This document shows, piece after piece, positions 30,178 through 44,262 of a DNA stretch of 64,000 nt. Source of the DNA: the human T2T-CHM13v2.0 reference genome, Homo sapiens. The notes below the pieces were generated by a model, which made no database searches, was not told where the DNA came from, and saw nothing but the letters and a program-made list of their open reading frames with translations. The DNA is taken from NCBI RefSeq assembly GCF_009914755.1, contig NC_060926.1; one strand, given 5' to 3'. Every line of letters begins with the position of its first letter. The first letter of the stretch is position 1. The position numbers and the translations under genes are program-made.

Positions 30178-31559
30178 TTTTTTAAGAATTTGCATTTATA
30201 GTTAAACAGATTTAGTAATTGAGTTAAAAATATCCAAATAATATATTTCTATAGTGGATAAAGTGAAACATAGTCCTCGTTCTTTTCTAAGATGGCATAA
30301 CAACCTCTAAAATTTTAGCATGAGGCTTTTATACAGATACCTCTACACACAATGCACATTCACTTTTTCCTCACCAGGACCCTCTCCAACTTATAGCAGG
30401 GGGCCCAATTTATTTTATCTTAAGCAAAGTTTCTTTTGCTCCCAAAGGGAAGATGGTACAAGTGGGGCCAAGGTATCATGATTAATGCACATGTCTTTTT
30501 CCGTGTTACAACCTAAAATTGGCATTTATATTGGGTGACGTGTATTCAGCTCACAGAGGAAGAAGAAGACTTGAGGAAAGATTTTAAAACAAAGAATTCA
30601 AATTGGTTCAGTTTGGTAGTTAGAATTCCAGGCATGCTAACATAGAAAACTACTCTGATTTTTTTCATTTGTTCATCTCTTCTGTATCTTTGCCTTAACA
30701 TTATTCTGAAACTCTACTTGTAGCAATTTGGTGTCATTAAGTGACTGAGAGCACTCACCAGTCAGTTCCTTCTTCAATGAAGAGCTCCCAGTGTGTGGAT
30801 TAATGTACACATTTTCTTTCCTATATTTACCTCTCTAATGACTTGAACAATTTGTTAAGGCCCTGCTTAGCAGATGTGAACAGCAACTGTGGTGATTTTG
30901 GGTTCACATCATGTGTTGTGCCCTGCTGATGTTGTTCAAATAATCAGATATTCTGAACATCATAGAATTCACTGTAACTTTAAGGATGGAACCCACGGAG
31001 AAGTATGCCCAGGATAACTTTGGTAATGGGTGCAATTAGTACCGACTTTGCTTCTGTTGTGAGTCTGTCTTGTCTTTCAAAAAGAGTAATCAAACTAGAA
31101 AATATAGAACAAACCAATAACAGTTACAGAAAGGTGCCCAGAGGGGTTGAAAAATCATAAGTGAATTCCTAAGGACTTCTATTTTTAGTACTGGTGTTTG
31201 CTTATCTATCCTAGGTCAATGCACTAAATCCACTTAAAAGCAATAAAGCATTTTTATGTATAAAAGCCTTTTTATGTAAAAAGAAACAATGTTTCTTTTT
31301 AAAACATCACAAACATATCGCCAATTCACTAATTAATTGTGATACTCTTGGTTTGTTTTCATTCATATATCATACAACATGTCTTTGAATCTATGTGCCA
31401 CAAAGTAGTTTAGACACTAGGGATGACAAAAGTGCCCAGTCCCTCTACTTATGTACTTTACACACTAGCAGGGAACTTAGGCTTTGAACTAATCATTGCC
31501 CATGAGTTGAGTAATATGAAGTAGAAATATAAGGTGTTGTGGAGGTTTATAACAAAATA

Positions 31560-32400
31560 TTTTAGGTTGGGTGTCCCAGTACCAGACTCTCCTCTTGTGC
31601 ATGGAAAGTGCTCTCCAGAGACACCAGAAAGGAAATGGGGGAAGTAGGAAAGGAAAGGAAATAATCTAACAAGAGTAAAATTTTTGGAAGGTAGCTTCAG
31701 CCTGATGCTGTAAGGAAACAATGGAGTGTAAATTGCACCTCAGAGTTTGTCCTGAGCAAGTAAAATGGGCTTCATTCTGCCATGCTATCTCTCAAGTGTA
31801 AAGGACCAAATGAAGAGAAAGAGTGTAGGCATGGGGTTGTGAGAATGTAAGGTCCAGACACTTCTAGCTCTCTGCACAAGTGGCTCTGGTAACCTGAGGG
31901 CAGTAGGCAAAGAAGAGTAGCAGGTGTAGCCCATCAGTGGCAAAAATGTATAGAAACTGGGATTAGGGAAAACAGAAACGATAAAATGATCTCAGGGGAT
32001 CTGTGCACAACAGGAGCATTTTCCATTAGTGTCCCTCCTCTTGCATTGCTCTGATAGTTTGCATCTCACATTAAGTTTACTCTACCCTGCCACAGCTTAA
32101 TTCATCAAAGTTTCTTGGAAAATTTTACAAGCATTACTGGGAAGAGCTACAACTCTTGTTGCTGCTGTTGATCCCAAGGCCATAAATGATTTTTATAATC
32201 CTTTTCCTCTCACCTGTATTAAATTTTTTAGCTTTCTCTTTTTTAGCTAGCACTTGTGTTGATTCAGGTGGCTTGGTTGGTGGGGGCAACCTAGACTTTC
32301 ATTCATGACAATCATCTTGTGGTCATCATGCCCTTATCAGGCTCTGGTTGCTATAATTGCCCAGTCACAGTTCAAACTAGGTGTAGGAGTACCAAGATCC
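31560..32400 (-). mobile_element. ERVL LTR (LTR16-like) plus internal remnant
   Basis: TTAGGTTGGGTGTCCCAG...CAGAC start resembles a reversed LTR16 end; ERVL-internal-like sequence follows; highly diverged. Confidence 0.5.
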
Positions 32401-35400
32401 TAGTTGGTGGAGTTTTTTAAATCGCTAACAGGTATTGAATTTTGCCAAACGTTTGCATCTACTTTGTTGATCATCTGATTTTTCTCTTTTATTTGGTTAT
32501 TGTGGTGAATTGTATGTATTAATTTTTATATGTTGAGTCAACCTTGCTGTCTCAGATTGAGCTCTCCAGCAGCCAATGCTGACATGGATTTTGGGATGAA
32601 AATTTTTTTTTAGCGACCAACACCCACGTAAGTAAGAGAAAAGAAGCTATATCTTTCTGAGGAATTGCTCATTTATTATTATGAAATGTCTCTAGATTTA
32701 TAACATTTTTTTCCCTGAATTCCACTAAATTTGATATAAATTTTAGCCACACCAGCTTTCTAAATCTTGTTGGTTTGCATAGTGTCTTTTTTAATCTTTG
32801 TACTCTCAACTTATTTTTGTGCTTCTATTTAAAGTGCATCACCTATAAACAGCATATATTTGGGCCTGCTTTTTAAAAATCTAGTAAAACAATCTCTACT
32901 TTTCCTGAAAAAGATTTTCTTTAGAATTACCAATTTCTTTAGTTTTTTAAGTTAGTGAACTAATTTTTAGGGTAATTTTAGGCTTAGAGAAAATTTGAGT
33001 AGAAAATATAGAGTTTCAATACCTCTATTTCCACATGGGTACAACCTCTCACTAATGACATCCCACATCGCAGTGGCACAATAGTTACAATCAATGAATG
33101 ATTGGTACATTACCACTCGAAGTCCACAGTTTACATTAGGGTTCATTCTAAGTATTGTACATTCTATGGGCTTTGACAAATGTATAATGACATGTATTCA
33201 CCATTATAGAATCATACAGAGTAGTTTCACTGCCCTAAAAGTCCTCTGTGCTCTGCCTGTTCATCCTTCCCTCCTAAACAACACCTGGCAACCATTGATC
33301 TTTTTACTATCTTCATAATTTTGCCTTTTTCAGAGTGTCAGATAGTTGGAATCATGTGACATATAGCTTTGTCAAATTGGCTTCTTTCACTTAGTAATAT
33401 GCATTTAAGGTCTCTCCATTTTTTTATGGCTTGATAGCTCATTTATTTTTAGTACTGAATAAAATTCAATTGTTTGGATGTATCACAATTTATCCATTCA
33501 CCAACAGCAAGACACATTGATTGCTTCCAAGTTTGGCAGTTATGAATAAAAGCTGCTATAAAAATCTACATGCAGGTTTTTGTGTAGACACAAATCTTCA
33601 ATTCATTTGAATAAACACAAAGGAGTGGGATTGCTGGATTGTATGGGAAGAGTATGTTTGTTTAGTTTTGTAAGAAACTGCCAAACTGTCTTTCAAAGTA
33701 GCTGTACCATTATGCATTCCCACTAATAATGAATGAGAGTTCCTGTTGCTCCACATCCTCTATAACATTTAGTGTCATCAGTGTTTGGATTTTGACCATT
33801 CTCTTAGGTGTGTAGTGGAATCTCATTGTTGTTTTAATTTTCAATCCCCTAGCAATTTACAACATTGGACATATTTTCATATACTTACTTGCCATCTGTA
33901 TATCTTTTTTGATGAGGTATCTTTTGCCCATTTTTAAATTGTATTGTTGCTTTTCTTATTGTTAAGTTTGAGGGGTTTTTTTTTGTATATTTTGGATAAC
34001 AGTCCCTCTTCAGATGTAGCTTTTGAAAATATTTTCTATCAGTCTGTTGCTTGTTTTCTTATTCTCGTGACATTGTTTTTATGTTTTTAATTTTAATTAA
34101 ACTTATCAACTTTTTAATAAATCATGACTTTGATATTGTATCTAGAAAGTCACTGACAATCCCCATGGCCATTTAGGTTTTCTCTACTGTAATCTTCTAG
34201 GAGTTGTAGAGTTTTGAACTTTACATTTAGGTTTATAATTTATTTTGAGTTAATTTTTGTAAAGGGTGTTAAGTTACATGTCTAGATTCTTTTTTTTTTG
34301 CATGTGAATGTCCAGTTGCCCCATTACCATTTGTCAAAAAGACTCTTTAGTCCATTGAATTGTCTTTGATCCTTTGTCTAAGATTATTTGACTGTATTTG
34401 CATGGGTCTGTTTCTTGGCTCTCTATTCTATTCCATTGATCTGTTTGTTCTTATGCCAGTACCACATTGTCTTGATTACTATAGCTTTTTACTAAGTCTT
34501 CAAGTTGAGTAATGCTGGTCCTCTCACTTTGTTCTTCTTCAATATTGTGTTGACTAGTCCAGGCCTTTTGCCTCTCCACATGAACTTTATAATCAGTTTG
34601 TCAATATTTCACAAAATAACTTGCTGGATTTTGATTGGGATCAAGTTAGGAAGAACTGATTTGGTAACAATATTGATTGTTCCTATCTATGAACATAGGA
34701 TTGTTTTTTATTGATTTAGTTCTTTGTGTTTGTAGTTTTTCTTATATAGACTTATACATATCTTGTTGGATTTATATCTAAGTAGTTTATTGCTTGGGAT
34801 GCTAATGTCAGTAGTATTGTGTTTTAAATTTTAAATCCCACTTGTTCATTGATAACATATAGGAAAGCAATCAATTCCTGCATGTTGACTGTGTATCCTT
34901 CAAGCTGTAATTGCTTATTTGCTGTGGAAGTTTTTGTTTGTTTCTTTTGGATTTTCTACAAAGATAATTATGTCATCTGTGAACAAAGACAGTGTTACTT
35001 ATTTCTTATCAACTTGTATATATTTTATTTCCTGTTCTTAACTTGTTGTATTATCTAGAACTCTGAGTATGACATTAAAAGGAATGGTGAGAGGAGACAA
35101 CTTTGCTTTGTATCCAATCTTAGTGGGAAAGTTTCTAGTTCCTCACCTTTAAGTACTATGTAGCTGCAGGTTTTTTGCAGATGTTCTTCATCAAGTTGAG
35201 GAAATTCTCCTCTATTTTCAGCTTGAGGAGAATTTTTATCATTAATGAGTGTTGAATTTTGTCAAATACTTTTTCTACATCTAGTGATATAATCATGTGG
35301 TTTTTCTTCTATAGCCTGTTGATATGATGGATTACATTATTTAACTTTCAAATATTGAACCAGACTTTCACACCTGAAATAAATACTATTTGGTCATGGT

Positions 35401-35602
35401 GCATAGTTGTTTTTTTTTTTATAGATAATTGGGTTTGGTTTGCTAATATTTTGTCGATGATTTTTGCACCTATGTTTAAGAGAAATATTTGTCTGTACGT
35501 TGCTTTTCTTGTATTGCCTTTGTCTGGTTTTGGTATTAGGATAATGCCAGCCTAATAGAATGACTTGGGAAGTATTCCCTCTGCTTGTATCTTCCAGAAG
35601 AG

Positions 35603-35989
35603 TAATATGGTTAGGCTTTGTGCCCCCACCTAAATCTCATCTTGAATTGTAATACCTATAATCCCAATAAGCCCCACATGTCAAGGGAGAGACCAGGTGG
35701 AGGTAATTGAATCATGAGGATGGTTTCCCCCGTGCTGTTCTCATAATAGTGAATGAGTTCTTATGAGATCTGATGGTTTTATAAGAGGCTCTTCCCCCTT
35801 CACTCGGCATTTCTCCTTCCTGCCACTTTGTGAAGAAGGTGCCTTGCCTCTCCTTCCTCTTCCATGATAATTGTAAGTTTCCTAAATCCTCCCCAGCATG
35901 CTAAACTGTGACTCAATTAAAGCTCTTTTCTTTATAAATTACCCAGTCTTGGGAAGTTCTTTATAGCAGTGTGAGAATGGACTAATACA
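35603..35989 (+). mobile_element. MaLR solo LTR (MSTA/THE1 family) inserted in L1MC
   Basis: TAATATGGTTAGGCTTTGTG...GGACTAATACA; perfect 5-bp TSD AAGAG (35598-35602 and 35990-35994). Confidence 0.9.
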
Positions 35990-36204
35990 AAGAGATTTTA
36001 GAGAATTAGCATAATTTATTACTTAAATGTTTGATAGAATTAACCAGTGACTCAATCTGGATTTTGTGCTTTCTGTTTTGAAAGATTATTAATTATTGAT
36101 TCAATTTTAAAAATAGATATAGGCATATTCAGATGATCTTTTTCTTCCTGTGTGAGTTTTTTCAGATTGTGTCTTTCAAGGAATTGGTTCATTTTATCTA
36201 GATC

Positions 36205-36338
36205 ATGCTAGATGATGAGTTAGTGGGTGCAGCACACCAGCATGGCACATGTATACATATGTAACTAACCTGCACAATGTGCACATGTACCCTAAAACTT
36301 AAAGTATAATAAAAAAAAATAAAAAAAATAAAAAAAAA
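36205..36338 (+). mobile_element. Very short 5'-truncated young L1 (L1PA2/3-like) 3' end
   Basis: ATGCTAGATGATGAGTTAGTGGGTGCAGCACACCAGCATGG...CTTAAAGTATAAT and A tail. Confidence 0.93.
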
Positions 36339-37487
36339 TTTGTGGGCATGGAGTTGTTCATAATACTCCTTTTTATTATCCTTTTAATATCCATGGGATC
36401 TGTAGTGATGTCCCTTATTTTATTTCTGATACTAGTAATTTGTGTCTTCTCTCTTTTTTTCTTGGTTAGCCTGACTAGAGGATTATCAATTTTATTGATC
36501 TTTTCAAAGGACCAGCTCTTGCTTTGATTGATTTTTCTCTATTGATTTCCTGTTTTTAATTTCAGTGATTTCTGCTCAAATGCTTATTATTTCTTTTATT
36601 CTGCTTAGTTTGGATTTAACTGGCTCTTCTTTTTCTAATTTTCTAAGTAGAAAATTTAGATAATTTATTTTAGATCTTTCTTCCTTTTTTTAGTATATAC
36701 ATTCAAGGCTATAAGTTCTCCTCTCAGAACTTCTTTTGATGTTTCTCACAAATCTTGATAAATTCTATTTTCTTTCTCAGTTTGTCAAAATATTTTAAAA
36801 TTTTTTTTTGGATTTCTTCTTTGACTCATGTTATTTAGAAGTTTGTTGTTTAAGCTGAAAGTATTTGGTGGGGGGGTGGCTTCCAGCTATATTTCTGTTA
36901 CTGATTTCTTGTTTAATTTCTCTGTGGTCTGGGAGCAGGTCATTGCATGAGTTTTATTCTTTTACATTTGTGAAGACATGTTTTATGACCCAGAATGTGG
37001 TCTATCTTGGTGAATGTTCCATGTGAGCTTGAGAAGAATGTGTAATCTGCTATTTTTAGTTGAAGTAGTCTATAGATGCCAACTATATCTGGTCTATTGA
37101 TGGTGTTGTTGAATTCAAATGTGTCTTTACTGATTTTCTGCCTGAGTTTCTTTTGATTAGTGTTAGCATGATATATTTTTTTCCATCCATTTACTTTGAT
37201 CTGTATTGTCTTTGTAACTAAAGTGTATTTCTTGTAGTCTTGTTTTTTGATTATTCTGACAATCTCTGTATTTTATGCCATATTTGTTACTGTTTTCTAT
37301 TTGTTATTCTTGTTCTTTGTCCCTAATGTCTTCTATACTTTTTCTGCCTTTTGTGGTTTTAATTTAGACTTTTGTATTACTCCATTTTCTCTTCTTTTTC
37401 ATAATATAAACTATACCTCTTATTACCTTATTAGTGGGTGATTTAGAGTATGCAATGTACTTTTACAATGAATCCAAGTCTACTCAT

Positions 37488-37832
37488 ATTTTAATTTATT
37501 TTAAATTTTAAATTTTTGTGGATTCACAGTAGGTGTATACATTTATGGAGTATGTAAGAAGTTTTGATTCAGGCATGCAATGCATAATAATTACATCATA
37601 GAAGATAGGGTATCCAACCCCTCAAGCATTTATCCTTTGTGTTACAAACAACCCAATTATACTCTTTTAGCTGTTTTAAAATGTACAGTTAAATTATTAT
37701 TGACTATACTCACCCTGTTATGCTATTGAATACTAGGGTTCAGTTATTCATACTTTCTTTTTTTTTACCTATTAACCATCTCCACCCACCTTCACCCCCC
37801 TACTACCCTTCCCAGCCTCTGGTAATCATCCT
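37488..37832 (-). mobile_element. L1MA (L1MA2-like) 3' end nested in L1MC
   Basis: GTAGGTGTATACATTTATGG, CCCTCAAGCATTTATCCTTTGTGTTACAAACA; diverged TSD TCCAA(G/A)TC(T/C)ACT. Confidence 0.8.
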
Positions 37833-39949
37833 TCCAAATCCACTTTTAAATAATAGTGTACCGCTTAGTGGGTAGTGGAAGTGCCTTATGATAACAAAAT
37901 ATTTCTAATTTTTCCTTTCTGTCCCTTGCGTCATTTGTTTCACTTATACACAATCATACATAAGCCTCTATGAATGCACACATAACCTACATAATTGAAC
38001 ACATTGTTGCTATTATTATTTTGAACAAAATATTATTGTTAGATACATTAAGCATAGGAAAAATAGAAGTTTTTATGTGACCTTCATTTATTTATTCTCT
38101 GATAATCTTCCTTTCTTTATGTAGATCTGAGTTTCTGATGTACCTCATTTTCCTTGTCTCTGAAGAACTTTTAACATTTCTTGCAAGGCAGTTCTACTGA
38201 CAACAAATTATCTTAAGTTTTGATTGTCTAAGTCTTAACTTCTTTGCCTTTGATGGATAATTTCACAGGGTACAGACTTTTAAGTTGATTATTTTTTTTC
38301 TCTCAGCACTTTAAATATTTCACTCCACTCTCTTCTTGCTTGCATGGTTTCTTAGGAGAAGTTAGATGTAGTTCTTATCTTTGCTCTTCTATAGGTGAGG
38401 TGGCTTTTCCTGTTTTCCTTCAATATTTTTTTCTTTATCTTAAGTTTGAATATGATATGTCTAGATGTAGTTTTTTTTTAGGGTATACATATTCTTTCTT
38501 TTGACATTCATCTTGACTGATGTTCTCTGAGTTACCTGGCTATGTGGTTTGGCATATGAAAATAAATAATTATGGGAAATCCCTCAGTCGGGATTGCCTC
38601 AAACACTGCTGTATTCTTTTCTCTTTTTCTTCTCCTTCTGTTATTTATATTGTGGGTATATTATACCTTTTATAGTTATTCCCAGTTCTTGGATATTCTG
38701 TTCTGTGCTTTTTTTCACTTTGCTTTTTCAGTTATGGAGGTTTCTATTGCCATATTCTCAAGCTTAGAGCCTCTTTCCTCAGTTCTATCTAGTCTAGTAA
38801 TGAGCCCATGGAAGGCGGTCTTCATTTTGTTACAGAGATTTTTTAATGTAGAGCATTTCTTTTTAATTATCTTTTAGAATTCCCATCTCTCTGCTTACAT
38901 TATCCATATGTTCTTGCATATTGTCTACTTTTTTCTATTAAAGCCCTTGGCATATTAATCATAGTTGAAAAAAATTCCTGGTCTGATAATTTCAATATTC
39001 CTGCTATATCTAACTCTGGTTCTGATGCATGTTAAGTCTCTTCAAGCTGTTTTTTTTTTTTTTTTTTTTTTGCCTGTCAGTATGCTTTGCAATTTTTTGT
39101 TGAAAGATAGACATAATGTCCTGGGTAAAAGATCTTTAGTAAGATAGTGTTAGGGTACTGGGAGAAGGAGAGAGGGGAAACATTCTACAGTCCTATGATT
39201 AGGTCTCGGTATTTTGGTGAGCCTGAGCCCCTGGGCTGTGGCAGTGTTTCTCAGTACCCCAGGTTCCCTGGACTTCAGTGGGACAAAATGAATGCATGGG
39301 GCTGGAATTGGCTATTTCTTTTCCCTCACATGGAAGGCTAGAACTGGCTGGAGTTTGTATTTTCCTTCCTCCAGGTAGGCTAGCCTCTCACAAAACTTCT
39401 GCATTTTACGCTCTGGTAAAACAGTTTCTCCTAAGGGTAGCCCTCATGTAGAACAGAATGCTCAGGCATATTTCAAAATAGTTTCTCTCGCCTTCCCCAT
39501 CCCAGAGGGAGGAAGAAATTTTTGTCCAACATTCACTGGGAGGACCTTGTAGAGCTTCTGGAGGTAAAACTCATAAAAATGTACCACTTGCCTCATGACT
39601 GGGTCCCCTAGAGTTTTTAATTATCTGATTTGTCCACACTGAGCCTCCCAATTTGTCAATTACAGTTTAGGTTTTCCTACCTCAGTACTGATTCTCATGG
39701 AAGTTTGTGGGTTCTCCCCATAGGTTGTGATGTTCTGTGTTTTCTTATCTGTATCTCCAATTCTGGGGGAAGCAGTTTGCCCTGTGACCTCAATTCTCTG
39801 ATGGAAATAAGAAGAGTTGTTGATTTTTCAGTTTGCCTGGCTTTTTTACTTGTTAAAACAGAGTAGCAACTCCTAAGCTGCTTACATGCTGAACCAGAAA
39901 CCAGAAATCCAACCTATACTTTTAAATTAGAGTTCTTGATTCATTTAAG

Positions 39950-40830
39950 TCTATTTTTTGGCTATGTGTTTTCCAAATGTTGACATTTCTATCCTTCTGG
40001 TTGCTTTGGCCAAAACCCTTGGAGCCATCTTTGACTCTCTTTTCTCTCTCTCCTATATGCAATCCATCAGCAAATCTTGTGGCAGTACTTTTATAATATG
40101 TCCAGAATCCCATCACTTTCTATTATCTGTTCATCTATTTTTTTAAGGCTATGTTACCAAGTTTTCTCATCTGGATAACAGCAACAGCTTCCTATCTGGT
40201 CTCCCTTCTTCTATCCTTGCCCTCACTTCCTACAGTCCAGTCCCAACAGAGCAGCTACAGTGATCTAATTATAACCTAAGTTAGATCGTGTCAGTCCTTA
40301 TTTCAAAACCTTCCAATGGTTTTTCCATCCTACTTAGAGTAAAATCCAAATTCCAGATAGAGGCTTATTAGTCTTCCTATCTTCTGACATTTTCTCCTAT
40401 TACTCTTCCCCTGGCTTACTCCATTCCAGGCACACTGACCTTCTAGTTATTCCTTGAGCTCACCTGATGTACTTCCACCTTATGTCATATGACTAGCTGG
40501 CTGTCCTTCTCTTTGGGAATAGTCTTTTCCCAGATATCTACATAGATAACCTCCTCAACTCCTTTTAAGTCTTTGCTCAAATATCATCTCAGTGAGGCCT
40601 GCCCTTACCACCCTATATAAGATTGCAACCCCACTCCTACTGTGTCCTCTCTTGCTCTGCTCTACTTTTTTTCTTTTTCCATAGCACTAATCACCTTCTT
40701 ATATTTTAACATATCATTTATTTGTTATATATTAGGTTGTATGTCTCTTACTTATTCAAATATGAGCTCATGAGTGTGGTGACCTCTTCTGATTATTTTT
40801 TTCATTCCAGGTATGGTCTACATATAGACA
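39950..40830 (+). mobile_element. L2 fragment
   Basis: AAAACCCTTGGAGCCATCTTTGACTC, CAATCCATCAGCAAATC, CTCAGTGAGGCCTGCCC. Confidence 0.8.
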
Positions 40831-41149
40831 ACTTTATGCATAGTCCAGAGTAAATGACAAATACAGAATTTTAAGCATTAAAATGACATTAATAGCATGC
40901 CAGTCAATTCTCTGAAGAGCAGCATGAAGCTCTGTATAGATATAGACATAGACAGAAATTTCACTTTTTATACATGGGAATACAGACAAATTATAGGAAA
41001 TATATACAATATAATTGTAAAATGTGAATAGGTACAAAACATCAAAGTAAGAAATAACTCTATCCCTCACTCTCATCAGTCTCTAATATGGACTCTTTAC
41101 TACATTCAGATTATTTTTTTCAATTGTTTATTAGTACATACTAAGTAAC

Positions 41150-41370
41150 ATACCATGCTCCCTCTTACCCACAAACCTTCCTTGTGTGTTTTGAATATTG
41201 TCATCATTCCTATGTAAAACTCACCCATGTTCGGACCCAGATTAAGTGTCATCTTTTTCTGAAGCTGTATTTGACCTCTTAATTTTGTTCAGTGAAGTGT
41301 CCTGGGTGCCCTAAACAGTGCCTGGAATGTAGTAGATGCCGAACAGATATTTCTGGATGATTAAATTGGT
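41150..41370 (+). mobile_element. L2 3' fragment
   Basis: GTGCCCTAAACAGTGCCTGGAATGTAGTAGATG. Confidence 0.5.
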
Positions 41371-43309
41371 TATTATGGTCTTCTTTAATCTCAACTACAA
41401 AATAACAATTCAGGTTATTTAGTGTAGCAGATGGAGTATAATATGTCTTAAAAAGGCCAATGGGTTTGGAAATAAACAAAACATTTCCAGCATCCAAAAC
41501 AAAAAAAAACCCAAAAAAACAAAAAAACAAAAAAACCAAAACCTAGAATATCAATAAGCAACAGCAACGATAGGCAACAAAATCCCACCCTAGTGCTGCC
41601 ATAGTGTGTTTTATTATCATAACTGATGATTTTTCATAGTAAACTCTTCTACAAAAGATTATTTCCATGGCAACATATTCAATTTCTACCTTATGATATG
41701 AGCTCATAAAAACAGCATCAAAAACACCACCAAACCACAGAAAAACAGAAACAAGAAAACACTGTAACATACAAATAATTAATATACACTGACTACAAGT
41801 TAAAAAGTAGCACATATGAAGCTCTACGTTTAAAATTAAGCCATTCATAGCAAAGTAGGTAGAAATCTCTAGTGCTTTAAGAAAAGACTATAGTCTAATT
41901 TTTTTTTTTGCAATCAGTATTTGAAATTAAATACTTGTAGCACACTGACACTTTATATGCAAGTATTAACTTAATATGTCAGTTCTGATTTCTTACCGAA
42001 AGATTTCAATCCCGAGTGAAAGATCAACGGCATTCAGCAGGGATTCTCTTTTAATTACCATTTCTTTCCCAGTCTGAAGGGACTCTTCTGACTGAAAAAG
42101 CAACTAACATTTTATTTTGACAGTTATTTGAATTACAGTAAATAATAGGAGATAGGAGGCTCTTACATGACACATTTATGATTTTGGTAAACAATCTGTT
42201 GAAAAATCATTTTGTATAGCTTTAGCAGAATTCAGTGGGCCCACTAGAAAAGGGAGAGAATAAAGGGTCCTAACAGAATACATAAAAGTAATTTCATTTT
42301 TAAAGTTGAGCCTTTGTTCTTAGATCACACTGGAGACTCCGCTCTTTATGTTCCAGTCTTCTCACTTTATTTTTCACTGCCAAGGAAAGCTTTCTTCACT
42401 TTCCAATCCCTCCCTCAAGTTTTTTAAAAATAATAAACAATAATAATAATTCTCTCTCTCTCTTCCCCGTCCCCCCCTCACCACTCCACTCCTGCATGTA
42501 TGTGTGTGTGTGCGTGTGTCCATGTTTTTGAGCCACTATTTTTGTGAAGTCTCTGGTCTCTCTCCTTATTTAGGACCAACTCCAGAATTTTTCTCGGAAG
42601 TTCCTCCCAGGTCATATTAATTACTCCCTGATGATATCTATACATTTCTGAGAGCCCTCACTACCATTTCTCAAGCCTATCGCCCAATGTGCCAAAGCTG
42701 TAAAGGGTTTTAGAACTAAATTTGATAGGATTTGGTGCTCTCTTTTGTATGTTTGTGGTTTTCTCTGTTACACAAAAGCAGCCTGTGTTGCATTCCAATT
42801 CCACATAAGTGTGTAATCTTTCCAGTGCTCCCCACCTTCAGCTTCCACTACCATAGGATTAGAGTGGATAGTGGGGACAACAGGCAAAGGTGAGTACACA
42901 ACCCTGCACTTTGATTAAGATTTTGTTAATATTGCAAGGTTGCTTTGGCTGGTTCTTTCTTCCCTTAGAAATGAGGTTCTTGACCTGAGTCCAAGAGCTC
43001 TGACTGGGTCAAAATGGGCTGCAGTAGATATATGAGCCTTGTGAATTTGTAAAAATATTTTGTGGTATGTGAATTTAAGGGTTTAAAAAAATCCCCCAAT
43101 AATCACAGCAAATTAACTTTAATAAGTCACCTCATGGAAACATATGTTACTATGCCCATTCTACCAGTTTTGCAAATGCGCTGGGAAATATCTAAATTCT
43201 GCAAATTTTGGTTCAAATTGGGACAATTCTCCACTTCTATTCCCATCTCTAACACTACATTAGTACAAAGTACTTGGTTACAGCAGGAGGTGATGTCTGG
43301 TAATTGCTA

Positions 43310-43488
43310 GGTATACTATCTTGGAGCTAGGCAGAGCTGAACTGGAGTGCCAACTCTATCACTTTCTAACTAAATAGGCTTCAGCAAATCTAAGCCTAAG
43401 TTATCAAATGGATGTAAGTATATTTGTCTCATAGGGTGATTGTGAAGAATGAAAAATGCATGAAAAAGCACTTGCTTGTAATGTGTGG
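43310..43488 (+). mobile_element. MIR interrupted by the THE1 LTR
   Basis: TTGGAGCTAGGCAGA...CATAGGGTGATTGTGAAGAATGAAA. Confidence 0.55.
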
Positions 43489-43859
43489 TGATATGGTTTA
43501 GCTGTGTCCCCACCTGAATCTTATCTTGAAATGTAACTCCCACAATTTCCATGTATCATGGGAGGAACCCACTTGCAGGTAATTGAATCATGGAGGCAGG
43601 TCTTTCCCGTTCTGTTTTCGCGATAGCGAATAAGTCTCATGAGATCTGATGGCTTTAAACATAGAAGTTTCCTTACACAAGCTCTCTCTCTTTGCCTGCT
43701 GCCATCCATGTAAGATGTGACTTGCTTCTCCCTGCCTTTTGCCATGATTGCAAGGCTTCCCCAGCCATATGGAAGTGTGAGTCCATTAAACCTCTTTCTT
43801 TTGTAAATTGCCCAGTCTCAGATATATCTTTATCAGCAGTGTGAAAATGGACTAGTACA
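43489..43859 (+). mobile_element. THE1 (THE1B-like) MaLR solo LTR
   Basis: TGATATGGTTTAGCTGTGTCCCCACC...GAAAATGGACTAGTACA; TSD TGTGG/CATGG (CpG-decayed CGTGG). Confidence 0.92.
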
Positions 43860-44262
43860 CATGGTACACATCATACTACAGGATAAAAAGAAGTACACTT
43901 AAAAGTACATTGATAGACGGATTAACTAACTAAATCACCTTTTACATCTCTTCCCAACCTTTCACATTTCCTGAAAAGTACTCAAAAGGCAGAGAGAAAA
44001 TAATAGGTAAAAATTGGATTGAGATTCACAATGTCCACTGTATTTGCAAAGCTTTCCAGTCTTCCTCCATAAAGTGAAAAAGAAGCACTCTGAGAGCTGA
44101 GCACTAGATATTTAGAAATATGTGTTCATGCTTTATCTATCTTTAACAAACTCATATTCCTCTGGCTTGGGGCCCTCTTGTATTTTACCAGTTTGTATAT
44201 ATAAAATACTATTAATAATAAATTATAAACACATTTAGGATAAACTTAGAGTTTTATTCCTT

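Larger units (their letters stand above)
32945..39910 (-). mobile_element. Near full-length, internally deleted L1MC (L1MC1-like 3' end, L1MC-type 5' end) with nested insertions
   Basis: 3' end AGTTTACATTAGGGTTCATTCT...TGTACATTCTATGGG; long T-rich reverse ORF2/ORF1 remnants; 5' end ...GCTTACATGCTGAACCAGAAACCAGAAATC. Confidence 0.85.

Noticed and set aside
30873-30910. 9-bp stem hairpin GATGTGAAC...GTTCACATC
   Set aside because: Too short for a pre-miRNA and expected by chance in 64 kb.
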